Source: Utricularia gibba (lineage: Eukaryota > Plantae > Magnoliophyta). Taken from it: a stretch of DNA of 64,000 bases. The stretch covers positions 3,658,001-3,722,000 of the forward strand of contig CM007991.1 of the NCBI GenBank assembly GCA_002189035.1. The letters run 5' to 3'. Of the stretch, positions 1-11,509 are shown one piece after another. Under the pieces are notes generated by a model. The model saw only the letters and a list, made by a program, of their open reading frames with translations. It had not been told where the DNA came from and ran no database searches. The position numbers and the translations under genes are program-made. The stretch's first letter is position 1; each line of letters opens with the position of its first letter.

Positions 1-59
1 GCTCGCAGAGCAGTTGTCGAACCTTGAAATTTCATTCATCAAATGCCCAATCAGGGGAC

Positions 60-173
60 TGATGATTGGACTGGATGCCATAGTCTCACTTAGTCCTCCC
101 TAATCTGAACCGATGCAAGAACATTCAAACCGGTCAATCACTTAAGACATTTCAACAAATCATTCAAATTTTT
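60..173. repeat. Direct repeat, copy 1 (~115 bp)
   Basis: tgatgattggactggatgccatagtctcacttagtcctccctaa...aagacatttcaacaaatcatt aligns by eye with 894-1010, with scattered substitutions and small indels. Confidence 0.85.
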
Positions 174-893
174 GGCCCTATAAATTGGCATCAAACCCAA
201 ATTGGGAAGGATAATCAATGGTGAAATAAACATCAATGAGAATGTTGAGTTTTCAATGGAGGTGGAAGGTTTCGACCCAAAGAACTTCAATGAATTTTAC
301 ATCCATTGCGAATGGGATAGAAATAATGTTTATATAAAAAGAATTGATGAAGTACTAAATTGGGATATGTGATGTGGAGTCGAAATAAGTTGAAAAAAAG
401 GTTTTGGGTGGGTTCTAATAGTTTGTAATAGACGACAAACCAATATGAGCCAAAATTGGGCAATAGTAACCATATTTGACAAAGTATTAAGAGTAACTAC
501 GTTATAGAAATATCAAAGTAATCAGTGGTTATTTATCAACAAAACTACGTATATGATAGTTAGAAGTAGAAAGTGGATGACACCTAATATTGAGGCAACT
601 CCTATAAATAGGAAAATGATTGAGTAAAAATTGATTTAATTCTTAATATACTTTTTGTAATGTTTCTTATCTCCTTTTATTTTTTTGTCCTCTAACAATT
701 TTTACGTAAAAATACTTATCTCTTTTTATTTTTTCATCCCAACATTAATACAAAAATCGACAAAAATTCCAAATCGGATACTAACAAACTAACTTTACAA
801 CCCTAAAATTGATCAATTTCAATAGAACTGATATTCGACAGCAACAATAACTTATCTAATATTGCATGAGCCTTTTGATAGTGATGCTGTGAG

Positions 894-1010
894 TGATGAT
901 TGGACAGGATGGCATAGTCTTCACTTAGTCCTCCCTAAAATGTGAACCGCTGCTTGAACATTCAAGCCGGTTAATCACTTGAAGACATTTCTACAAATCA
1001 TTAAATTTTT
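894..1010. repeat. Direct repeat, copy 2 (~117 bp)
   Basis: tgatgattggacaggatggcatagtcttcacttagtcctccctaa...aagacatttctacaaatcatt matches 60-173. Confidence 0.85.
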
Positions 1011-1474
1011 TTGTTAGAAACATCCTCACGTGGGTCTGCTGTCATCCATTGGATCGGATTTCTAATGGGCCCAATGGGCTTCGGAATGGATAAAATGCCA
1101 TTTTCCCTCCAAAATGTACGAAAAGCTGCGTTTAGTACCCGGTACGTGAAGTCCGTTGCAATTTCCTTGAAATACATCTCTGGAAGCGTCGTCTCCGAGG
1201 AAGGCGATTCGCATTAATCTCGCTTCTGTATTTTCTGCTGCTGCGAAGCTCTTAGGTACTTAATCCTTTTCATTTGATTATCTCTTTCACATGATTTCTA
1301 TGATTTAATTTTACTTTTCATGCTTCCGTCTTCTGGATTCCCTGGCTTTCCCTTGTTATGGCGGTGTATATTTTTTTCTGGTCTGCTGGTGATGTTGCTG
1401 ATGTTGATGATCAGTGATCGTATATTTGATTACTGCTCGTTTAATCTGCGTGCAGAATATATTGTTTGTGGCTA

Positions 1475-4335
1475 ATGATGGACGTGCACTATTACTGTGC
1501 TCCAGTGGATGAGATGACCAATTTTCAAAGCTCCATTATGGAATCCTATTTTCCCATTGTTGATTTGAGCTGCGAATTTATTGACGATTGCGGGTATGTC
1601 GAAGATTCTGAAGAGCAGATGAAGGAAGTTGTGCTTGATAGTGATGATGATGCTAGAGAAGAGCACCAGGGCACCGCTTCGGAGCCTGGGAAACGCGGCC
1701 ATCTCACTGGGTCTTTTTCTGGAAGAGCAGTGGTGACATTGCCAAGACGCCGCTGGCTTCCATCCGGTACGTACTTTGGGTATGATTTATGTTGAACGCG
1801 TTAGCTTCCATTTACCTCCTTCCTGTCTACATATTAGGATGCTTTGTGACCGTGTTTTTATCTTGAAGCAGCTTACACCGTTAAGCGGGGTAAAGGAATG
1901 GCTAGTGGGTTATCTACTACTAGGTTTCTGGACCATGATATTGTCATGAGCAATACAGAATCCAAGCCACCTCCTCAAAAACAATTTCACACTGATGCCA
2001 AGGAATTCCAGCAGACAGATCAAGATTGTGTTTCTAAGCCTGGTACAAAGGCGGATAGAAATAATGACTTTGAGTTTGAGGGTGATGTGTGTAATGACAT
2101 GGAGTTTCCCGAGTCCTCAGCTTCACAAGGCACGGCGTTGGAGTTCGTGAATTATTTCATATCAGCTGGTGATTTTGAACTGGATCATGATGAGGAAAAC
2201 AGGAAAACTGAGAAAATGAGATCACCTCCGTCTTTGAGGTCACGGGGAACTCAGAGTTTAGCAAAGAGAATCGGTTCGACATTTGATGCCAACATGTCCA
2301 TGGCTTTTGAATGGTCTGAAAAAGAAATCGAGCATCATGATCAGAATGCGATGAGCGTACATTCAAGGGGAAAGTTAGGAACGGATGATGGAGGTCCTGG
2401 ATCTTTGTCTGTTCATCGGAGGGATGACAAAGTTTCCATGCAAAAGGAGTTAAAGGAAACACTTCCTGGAAACGCAGTGTGCCATGATGTTGTCGATGGA
2501 AATTTATGGATGGCATGCGACCCTGAGGAAAGAGATTTGGATCTTACAAATTTACTAGCCTATGATTCCGTAGAGATGGATGAAAATATTGATGTGGATT
2601 TACCAGAAGAAACTTTGATTAAAGGTGATGCCTCTGGTTTTGAACGTGATTCGTTTGGATTAGAAATTGGTCTGGGTACTCAAATTGCTGTTGAAGCCAT
2701 GGAAGCTTTAAAACATGCAACTTCTTCCATGTCCAGTACAAGCTTTTCTTTTCTGGGTTCTGATAACTTGGCAAGTAATCGTAGCAGTGGGCGGCACTTC
2801 GTTGGTTGGGGTAGCAAGGGGAAGCGATCAAATCGTTTGATCGCCTCAGCAAAAAATTCTGAAAATGCCCATCTTGTTTATAGTAGAAAGTTGAAAAAGA
2901 CCACACACAGTGATCTTGGAGTTGTTTGCTCAAAGTTGAACTCAGATCCGTTGTTGGAAGTGGGTAGAGACAAAGCACAGCGGACTGTAAATTCATATGA
3001 ATATGAATCTGTAAAGATGAAGGCCTGTATTAATCCTAAAACTTCGAGGGAGAACAGGGTGAAACGATCTCCTCTCAGAAATGAGATTTTGGTGTACACT
3101 AGGAAACGTAAAACGCCAGTGAAGGGAGAACAAACAAGCTATACTCCTAATATGCGTGAGGATCAATTCTCCCAAATGGCAGAGGACAGAGAGAAGAAGA
3201 GGTTCCAGGTTAGAAGGACCGAATGTGTTCCCTTGCACAGAACTCCCATGATGAAAGAACTTTCGAGATTGGGCTATCAAGATATCCCTGATTTCTCGCC
3301 AAGGAAACGGACAAGTAGGAGAAAGGTTTGCATTTTATTCAGTCAACACATCGGAGCCAGTTTGATCAAGCGGCAGAAAAAGGTACAACATAAATTGATG
3401 CCTGCATTGCGATCCATTTCCTTACAAGCCTTTTTTGCAGATTGTATCACGACTTGGCTTATCCATCGCGTCATGCTGCAAAGATGCAACTCATTTTGTT
3501 GCTGATAAATTCGTCAGAACAATGAATATGTTAGAAGCTATTGCTCTAGGGAAGCCTGTTGTGACACACTTATGGCTTGATGGGTGCGATCAGGCTGGCT
3601 GCCTTATTGAGGAAAAAAGCTACATCCTACGCGATGAGAAGAAGGAGAAAGAAATCGGATTCAGGTTGCCTGCTTCCATCACCCGTGCCCAAAAACATCC
3701 ACTTCTAAAGGTAATTCTATAACCAAATGAAGTTGCACCGATCTTCATTTACCCTCCTTCTGGTCTTCATTTCTGATGATCACAAGGGCATGGCGGTCTT
3801 GATCACTCCTAATGCAAAGCCCAGCATAGACATGATACGCGTTTTGGTATCAGCAACTCAGGGGCAGGTACTCCGAACACAAACTTATTCTTTTCTATTT
3901 GGATACCGGGTTCAAGGTTATAATGACCACAATTTTCATAATTTTGCCTGAGTCATTCCTCTTTTCCAGGCCATCCAAAGTTTAGAGGGTAACGTAATTC
4001 CAGAATCTGTCCTGGTCATTTCCTCTCAGGAAGATCATGCCATATGCCTTGGGCTTCTAGAGAAAGGTACAACGCAAGCACAAACTCACATTCTCATTCA
4101 ATAACCCATAACTAATTGGGCTACACTGAATGTGCAGGAGCAGCAGCCATATACAGCTCAGAGCTCTTATTCAATGGGATTCTGACACAGAAGCTGGAAT
4201 ACCAGAGGTAACGTCGGCTCACTGACTCCACCATTCCTTCCATCACTAGCTCGTTACTTGTGATAGCTGAGATTCAGGCAGGCTAAACCACCCGACTTTT
4301 GTCCCATCAGGTACCGCATTTTTCCAAGAGCTTGA
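1475..4335 (+). CDS. BRCT-domain protein (MDC1/PAXIP1-like, tandem C-terminal BRCT), multi-exon
   Basis: C-terminal exons encode ATHFVADKFVRTMNMLEAIALGKPVVTHLWL and AAIYSSELLFNGILTQKLEY, typical tandem-BRCT motifs. In-frame GT-AG junctions include 1766/1872, 3382/3441 and a last acceptor at 4310; TGA ends at 4335. The start codon is inferred. Confidence 0.85.
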
Positions 4336-7140
4336 CTTGACAGCCATGGAGTCCCTGGTATGAACTCCATCCAATCCCCTGTGTAGTAACTGCATCAAAA
4401 ATCAACTCCTGTTTCATCTCCATCTTCAACAGCAAAGGGAACGGAAGCTCAGAAGAGTCTTCCTGATTGGACGTGGGTGGTCCATGTCCGGCATGGCATG
4501 GCGCAGTGGTGGAATTATGAACAATCATTTTAGGAGGCCGTGCATTGGGCCGAGGACCACTCAGATTAAAAGCCGAAGAGGCCCATTCCCCAGCTGTGAC
4601 TTGTGAGTGGAAACCAAGCCTCCAGATCATTTAACCCCGTTTCTTTCATCCCTTCAATGCCCCTCAATTTCCACAAAGTGTTCATCACCTTGTCTTATTA
4701 AAACCAGGGTTTGACCCATCGAGTGGGCCGGTATCAAGTCGGCTAACCCTTGGATTTACTCCCTACGAGTGCGATAGTTAGCTGCCAATTAAGTCCCATC
4801 CTAGTCCTCATCAACTGTTTAAAAAATTACTATTCGAATTATTTAGGATAAAAAATAAATTATGATTTAGTCATGATTCCATTATAATTGAATTCAAGTT
4901 TACAATTTGGTTTTTTGAAAAAAAATGTTTTGTTTTTTTTTATAAAAATGTCATAATTCATATTTTACTTATATGATATTATCTATTTTGGATATTCATT
5001 TTTTTCCAATTGTACGTCATTTTCTTTTAAAAAAAAGCCTCCAAGAATACTATGAGTGTTTTTTTATTTCAAAGTCTAAGTTAATTTATAATACATATTA
5101 AATTATTTATGGCCTAAACCGGTTACATTTAATTACTCTATTGTGGCTTGATGCGGGATTAGAGATGTTCATAGATTGGGTTAGATCTAATACTAACAAG
5201 AACTAAAACCGAACTCGATTAAATATTCGATTAATCGATTCTTACTTGAATCATCAATTTTGATTCTTAATCGATTTTTATTCGATTTCAAATAAGAATT
5301 GATTATAAATTTTGTATTTATATTTTATATTTTAAATATTAATCATTTCAAATCTATTTTATTTTATTTTATTTGTATATAAATGGTAAATTTATATTGT
5401 TAACTTGAAATAATATATATTTATTCATAAGAATATAATTATTATAAAAGATATTTATATACGAATAGAAAATAATGTATTCTATTTCAAATAAATGATT
5501 TATAAAAATTCAAATCTAAATCCGTGTCATTTATAATTAATTTTTTTTATAACTTTTTATCTATAACCATTTATTATCATTTTCAATTTATCCATTAAAC
5601 GGATTTGGTTCTAGTCGTTTGGATAATATCGGTTTCATGTTCAAGCACCATTGCTGCCGGTGAAAACAAAAATGGATCAATTTGAACATTTTTTTTTCTT
5701 TGGTGTAAAGAGTAGGCATGATCCCTATTCGCAGATTATCTGGGACTGTGGCGTTACCCACCGGAAGTTGACTAGACGGCCAGGCGAATGGGGCGGTGGA
5801 GCAGAGGCGCCCCAAAGAGGGGCCTCGCGATCAAGATCCGTCACATTGACGAGACAAATCAAAGGCTCTCCTCTCCCTGCAACGCACCGGGATTAGGGCT
5901 TCTCATTTCTCTCAAACCCCACACCCAATCTCGTCGTCCTCTGAGATCCCAGTCCACACCTTGTCGTTTTCCTCCTTTGCTTATTCTAATCTGTGTGATT
6001 AGGGTTTCTGAGATCAGGAAGGGGGAGCGGATCCTGAGAGAGACTGATGTGCTTGAAAAGACAGTCCAAGACCTTGATGGAGCGCTGGGCTGGGCTGGCC
6101 TTGGCCTGCCCCATCGCCAGACTAAAAGATACGGGGCCCACGTCTATTATTTCGGGCCCCACTCTTCCCCCCCCAGTCAACAAATACTGTAAAATTAGGT
6201 CGCCGACTTAATCTACAAAACCCCCTTTTTTTTACTGTAAAAATATTTCTAAAATTCGTTTTTATTAACAAAATTATTTCTTACTAATAAAAGTATTTGT
6301 AAAATATTTCTTGTATCAATAGAAGGGACTTAGTATACATATTTTATATTATTCTATTTTGAAGAAAAGATCTTATACAATAATTGCTTAGTCATTCTAA
6401 TCTCTTTCTCTCTCCATCGTGGATAATTTGGTTAAGGTGGGTCTGCCAGCCTTTGGTTTACATTTTTATTGAATAAAAAAAGAGAATAAATGATTGAAAA
6501 TTAGGTTCATAATTAGATATAATTAAACGAATTCCAGGGGTTGGTAATTTATTTGCACCTCGATCCTCAAAAGTATGAATTTGCAAAGATGGCCCTCGTT
6601 TCCGCCCACTCACTTTTTCATTTATTTCCATTGTGGTCCCTTGTGAAGCTTATCTACTTAGATCCAGCCGTGCATTTCGAATCATTAGATTCCGTCCATT
6701 TCCTTTCCATTATTTATTTTATTTTAAATTTCGATAAAATTACGAATTTTTTTTTTCGAAAGAAAATATGTTTGTAATTTTAAAAATAAGGGAATTAAAA
6801 TAATAGAGGATGGTCACATTCTGGAAAGTATCGCTCGCCACCACGAGGAGGTCATGGTCGCATGCAGTTTGTTTTTCTGCGGTCGCGGAATGGCCCCCCG
6901 CCGATTAATCCAACGGCTGGAAGGGCCGTGGGACACGTGGGGGCATCCCCTTGGTCTCTCTCCAAACACCAGTTAAATTCTGTCCTCACCCATGACGCCG
7001 GTATTTAGGATTATAAAATCCCTTGGAAAAAAAAAGGGGAAAATCAATCCTCACTGTCTGCGCTCATCTTGTCCAAAAGGGAGGAGGAGGAGCTACGCCT
7101 CTCAGATCCGGAGCTTGGGATCTCCTGCGCTACTGCTCCA

Positions 7141-9477
7141 ATGGTGTCCTCGTTCCCGGAGGAGGTTCTCGAGCACGTCTTCAGCTTCTTGAGTTGCGAC
7201 AAGGACCGGAATGCTGTTTCTCTGGTGTGTAAGTCGTGGTATGAGACTGAGCGTTGGTGTCGCCGGCGGGTTTTTGTTGGTAACTGCTACGCGGTGTCGC
7301 CGGAGATCCTGATCCGGAGGTTTCCGGAAGTTAGGGCGGTGGAAATGAAGGGGAAGCCGCATTTTGCTGATTTTAATCTTGTGCCGGAGGGATGGGGTGC
7401 TTATGTGTACCCCTGGATAGTTGCGATGTCGGAGGCGTATCCCTTGCTTGAGGAGATCAAGCTTAAACGGATGGTGGTTAGCGACGAGTGCTTAGATCTA
7501 ATCTCCAAGGCGTTTAAAAATTTTAAGGCTTTGGTGCTCACTTCTTGCGATGGTTTCTCAACGGATGGTCTTGCTTCCTTAGCCGCTAACTGCAGGTGTA
7601 AATTTGTAGACTGGACTACCTTATTTTGCTACTTTTTCTGGGTTTCTGGCTGAAATATTTTGGATTCGGGATGAATGGTGGATTTGGTCTTCATGTTACT
7701 AGAAAAGTTCAAATCTTTCAAGTATACAAAATCCCCTTTACAGTCTTTTTATGCGTTCTGTGGAATATCTTGCTGGCCGCTGTTTTAAGCTTGTGCTTTA
7801 TCCGCTCGCTAGTTTTACTGTAAAAGAGTTTACTTTTCTGGGAAGAACGCCGGGTTTTTTCTTTTAAATTCTGTGACTTTCGGATGGATAAACGGACTGC
7901 TCTTGCCGTTTACATGCTCCTTTGTTAGCGTCCCTTGAATTTGGATGCTTTTAAGTCGTCTCCCCTGTGTATCAGAAAATTTTGTGATTCCATGCTCATG
8001 TGTTATATAATTAGTAGCGTCTTCTCGTTAATTGTCATTTCTGAAGTTTCTTGTCTTCCTCAAGTAGCTGTATTCCAAGTGCTGACTGACATTGGTGGTT
8101 GCAGGCATCTCAGAGTCCTTGATTTGAGGGAGAGTGAGGTGGAAGATCTCAGTGTTCATTGGATAAGTCATTTCCCTGATTTCTATACTTCACTCGTATC
8201 ACTCAACATTTCCTGTTTAGTTTCTGAGGTGAGCCCATCTGCCTTGGAGCGCCTTGTTGTGAGATCTCCAAACCTGAGGACACTGCTGTTGAATCGTACG
8301 GTGCCACTTGAAAGGCTCCCAAATTTGCTTCGCCATTCCCCACATCTGGTTGAATTAGGAGTTGGCTCGTATTCGTCTGAAATTCGCAATGATACTTTTT
8401 CAAGCTTGTCTTCCGCTTTCTCATCATGCAAGCAGCTTAAAGGGTTATCAGGGTTTTTGGAAGTGGTTCCCGCTTACCTTCCTGCACTTTATTCTGTATG
8501 CCCTGGAATCACTTCTTTGAACTTGAGCTATGCTACAATACAGAGTCCCGATCTGATCAAACTTATCAGTCAATGTCCTCATTTACAGAAGCTGTTGGTA
8601 TGATTCTTAGGCCCTGACTCATTACATAACACTGATTGTAGAATTTTACAAGGTTCTTTCCTTTTCTCAGGTAATGGATCACATTGAAGACGCAGGCCTG
8701 GAAGCCCTTGCCGTATCTTGTAAAAACCTGCAAGAACTTCGAGTTTTTCCATCAGAACCTTTTCTGGCTGATCCCAACGTGTCCTTGACAGAAAAGGGGC
8801 TGGTCTCAGTCTCTCATGGCTGCACCAAACTTCAATCTGTTCTCTATTTCTGCCGCCAGATGTCTAATGATGCACTAGTGGCTATTTCGAGGAATCGCCC
8901 CAACATGATCCGTTTCCGGCTGTGCATCCTACAACCTCGGGCACCTGATTATCTAACCAGTGAGCCTCTGGATGCTGGTTTTGGGGCCATTGTCCAGAAC
9001 TGTAAAGAGCTGCGGCGTCTCTCTCTCTCAGGCCTTCTGACTGATCGATGCTTCAAATACATCGGCACTCATGCCAAAAAGCTGGAGATGCTCTCGATAG
9101 CATTTGCTGGGAATAGTGACTTGGGCCTCCACCATGTGCTCTCTGGTTGTGATAGCCTCAGGAAGTTGGAGATCAGGGATTGCCCTTTCGGTGACAAAGC
9201 TCTCCTGGCCAATGCCGCGAAGCTTGAGACAATGCGATCCCTTTGGATGTCCAATTGCCCCATCAGCTTCGGAGCATGCAAGCTCCTTGGTCAGAAGATG
9301 CCCCGGCTTAACGTGGAAGTTATTGACGAGAGAGGGCCACCGAATTCCCAGCCTGATGACTGCCATGTCGAGAAACTATACGTTTACCGCACAGTCGCCG
9401 GCCGGAGGGCAGACTTCCCCGGCTATGTCTGGAATGCTAGCGAGCACTCCCCCCCATTGAGCTCCTCCGGCGGCTGA
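7141..9477 (+). CDS. TIR1: Auxin receptor F-box protein TIR1/AFB; exons 7141-7595, 8105-8597, 8671-9477
   Basis: F-box [14 protein letters not shown], motif [14 protein letters not shown] repeats, C-terminal [12 protein letters not shown], the three-exon TIR1 structure and a miR393 site. Confidence 0.95.
9226..9247 (+). promoter_or_regulatory. miR393 target site in TIR1 exon 3
   Basis: GAGACAATGCGATCCCTTTGGA is complementary to miR393 (UCCAAAGGGAUCGCAUUG...), which is established to target TIR1/AFB mRNAs. Confidence 0.9.
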
Positions 9478-10271
9478 TCAACATCTATATAGATATCTAC
9501 CCTTCATCCCCGTCCAGGCAGGCGCCCACATAACCTTCCGCCATTATAGCTTCAGTTGAAGGTGGTTCCTGCGCCGCTGAATCTGTAACACGCCGCGGCT
9601 CTCAAGCTCAACCAATCTGTTGCTGCAGTCCTTTAGCTTCAAATAAACCCTAAACCAGCTCTTTGTCTCCTTACATTCGTGGGACTAATCAATGTTCTCA
9701 CCGTTTGCGGACCGGTTGTTGACATTCAGTGTTTCCCATTTACTGTGTAATCTTGATGAGCGCCTTGCCTAGCCGGAGAAGAGAGAGAGAGAAGGGAGAT
9801 TGGGGCCCATCCACAAGGGGGTTAAAGGCTTGTAAAGCAAAAGCAAAGGCTGGGCTCTCTGGCTGCCTCTGCGTCTGCGCAGCTGGTGCCATTCATTCAT
9901 TATAAAAATCTCCATTGGATTCGCTTTGATTTCGTCCCATAATCTGCATGCACGTAGTGTCTGTTATCCCGGCACCTCCGGTTTCTTTGTTAGGGAACGG
10001 AAGGAAGGCAAAGAAGATCCCTTCCCTTCAATCCTCCCAGTCGGTGAAGAAGAAATGCAGCACGCAGATGGGTTGTATGGCGGAGGGAAAGAGGAGAGGA
10101 GGCGGGCATTCATTCCTCTTGGGTGTCTGGGCTCTGACAAGCGATGCTGCTGCCACTCTGCTTTTGGTGATGACACAGCAGCCAGCAGCAAACACGAAAA
10201 CCAGTGCCGGAGTCCAGTTGGAGCTTAGCGGAGCGAGGTGTAAAGACAGCAGCAGCAGCAGCTCACCTCAG

Positions 10272-10309
10272 CCTACCCTAACCCTACCCTACCCTACCCT
10301 ACCCTCCCC
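10272..10309 (-). repeat. Telomere-like (TAGGG)n tract / G-quadruplex motif
   Basis: The minus strand reads GGGGAGGGTAGGGTAGGGTAGGGTAGGGTTAGGGTAGG: seven G3+ runs with 1-3 nt loops. Confidence 0.8.
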
Positions 10310-11509
10310 AACGGGTTCGGTCTTCCTGTTTCCGTTTCCTCCGGACATGCAACCAACCCTTTATTCTATCCTTCGGACAATACACATTAGTTTCACCACG
10401 TGATAACCGCTTTTCGGACGCCAAATTAAATCATAATTAAATTAGATTTTTTTTCTTACTTCCGATTTTCAATCGAAATCGCAATGTCAAAATTGGATTA
10501 AATTGGAACAAATCGTACGTTTCGTGGATTCACGTTTCAATAATACTTATTATTTGTTAATGTATAAAAAACATTTGTTTATCTTACAAATTTTAGGTTA
10601 TAAATTTATAGAAATACAATAATTAATATTGAAAATATTTATTATTTATTATGTTCATTTATTTTTCATCAACTCTGACATTCATTATCCTTCAAATTGG
10701 TAGATGGAGTTTGATTGTTTTTGTTAGATTTTAGTAAAATTCTTTAAATATCTATATCCTTCAAAAGTATCGACATTCATATTTATATTTGTAATTATAT
10801 CGAAATGAAATTAACATTCATTGTAGAAACTAGAAATTAAAATTTCTATCATGCCTTTATATCGATTATGAATGATTTTTAAATAATGAGAATTAAAACA
10901 CTATTTACATAGACAATTTGTAAGGATAGAAGTCTAGTGATGATATTACACATTCATTATAGATGTAAAAATAAATGTACTTAAATAGAAGTCACCTTCT
11001 AATCTTACATGTTGACTTTTCTTCGTAATGAAATAATGTAAAACTGTGCATGTTGGATGCTCAAAGTGAATAATATAATGTAATAAGAGGATGGGGAGTT
11101 ACACTATTTATACCATTTAAATAAATAATAGAGATTATTCGTGCAATTTTTTGATTTATAATGCTTGTAAACAGTTCTTATTGGGTCAACATTAGTTAGC
11201 GGGGCCTCTTATTGGGCCCCTGAAATACTCGAGGGGGCCCAATGAATGAAACTTGGGTTCTGCCCATTCTTTCCTTGTTTTTTTTAAAAAATTATTAAAA
11301 AATAACAAATACTGGGGTTTTTTTTTTAATTGTAATAGAAAGTTAGCTGCAGTGTTGCGAATGCGAGATCTACGGTTCCCAATTTCTCTCTGTAACCCTA
11401 ATTTTGGTCCGCTGTTTTCGCCTAGAGACAGATTTCGTGGTTCGTTCATTTACCAATTTCCGTCTCCCGCTGCGAGAATGCTTTGGCCGGGGATTTGGAA
11501 TTGAGAAGC

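Noticed and set aside
60-173. Direct repeats as box C/D snoRNAs (TGATGA start, CTGA at ~106)
   Set aside because: Copy 2 has GTGA instead of CTGA. There is no terminal D box or terminal stem, and no rRNA guide I can recognise.
7069-7140. In-frame TTG-initiated N-terminal extension of TIR1
   Set aside because: ATG 7141 lies right before the F-box as in orthologues. A 24-codon open stretch in GC-rich UTR is expected by chance.
10015-10115. Possible miR482-like hairpin (purine and pyrimidine arms)
   Set aside because: Arm pairing is poor in the middle and there is no match to a mature miRNA I know.
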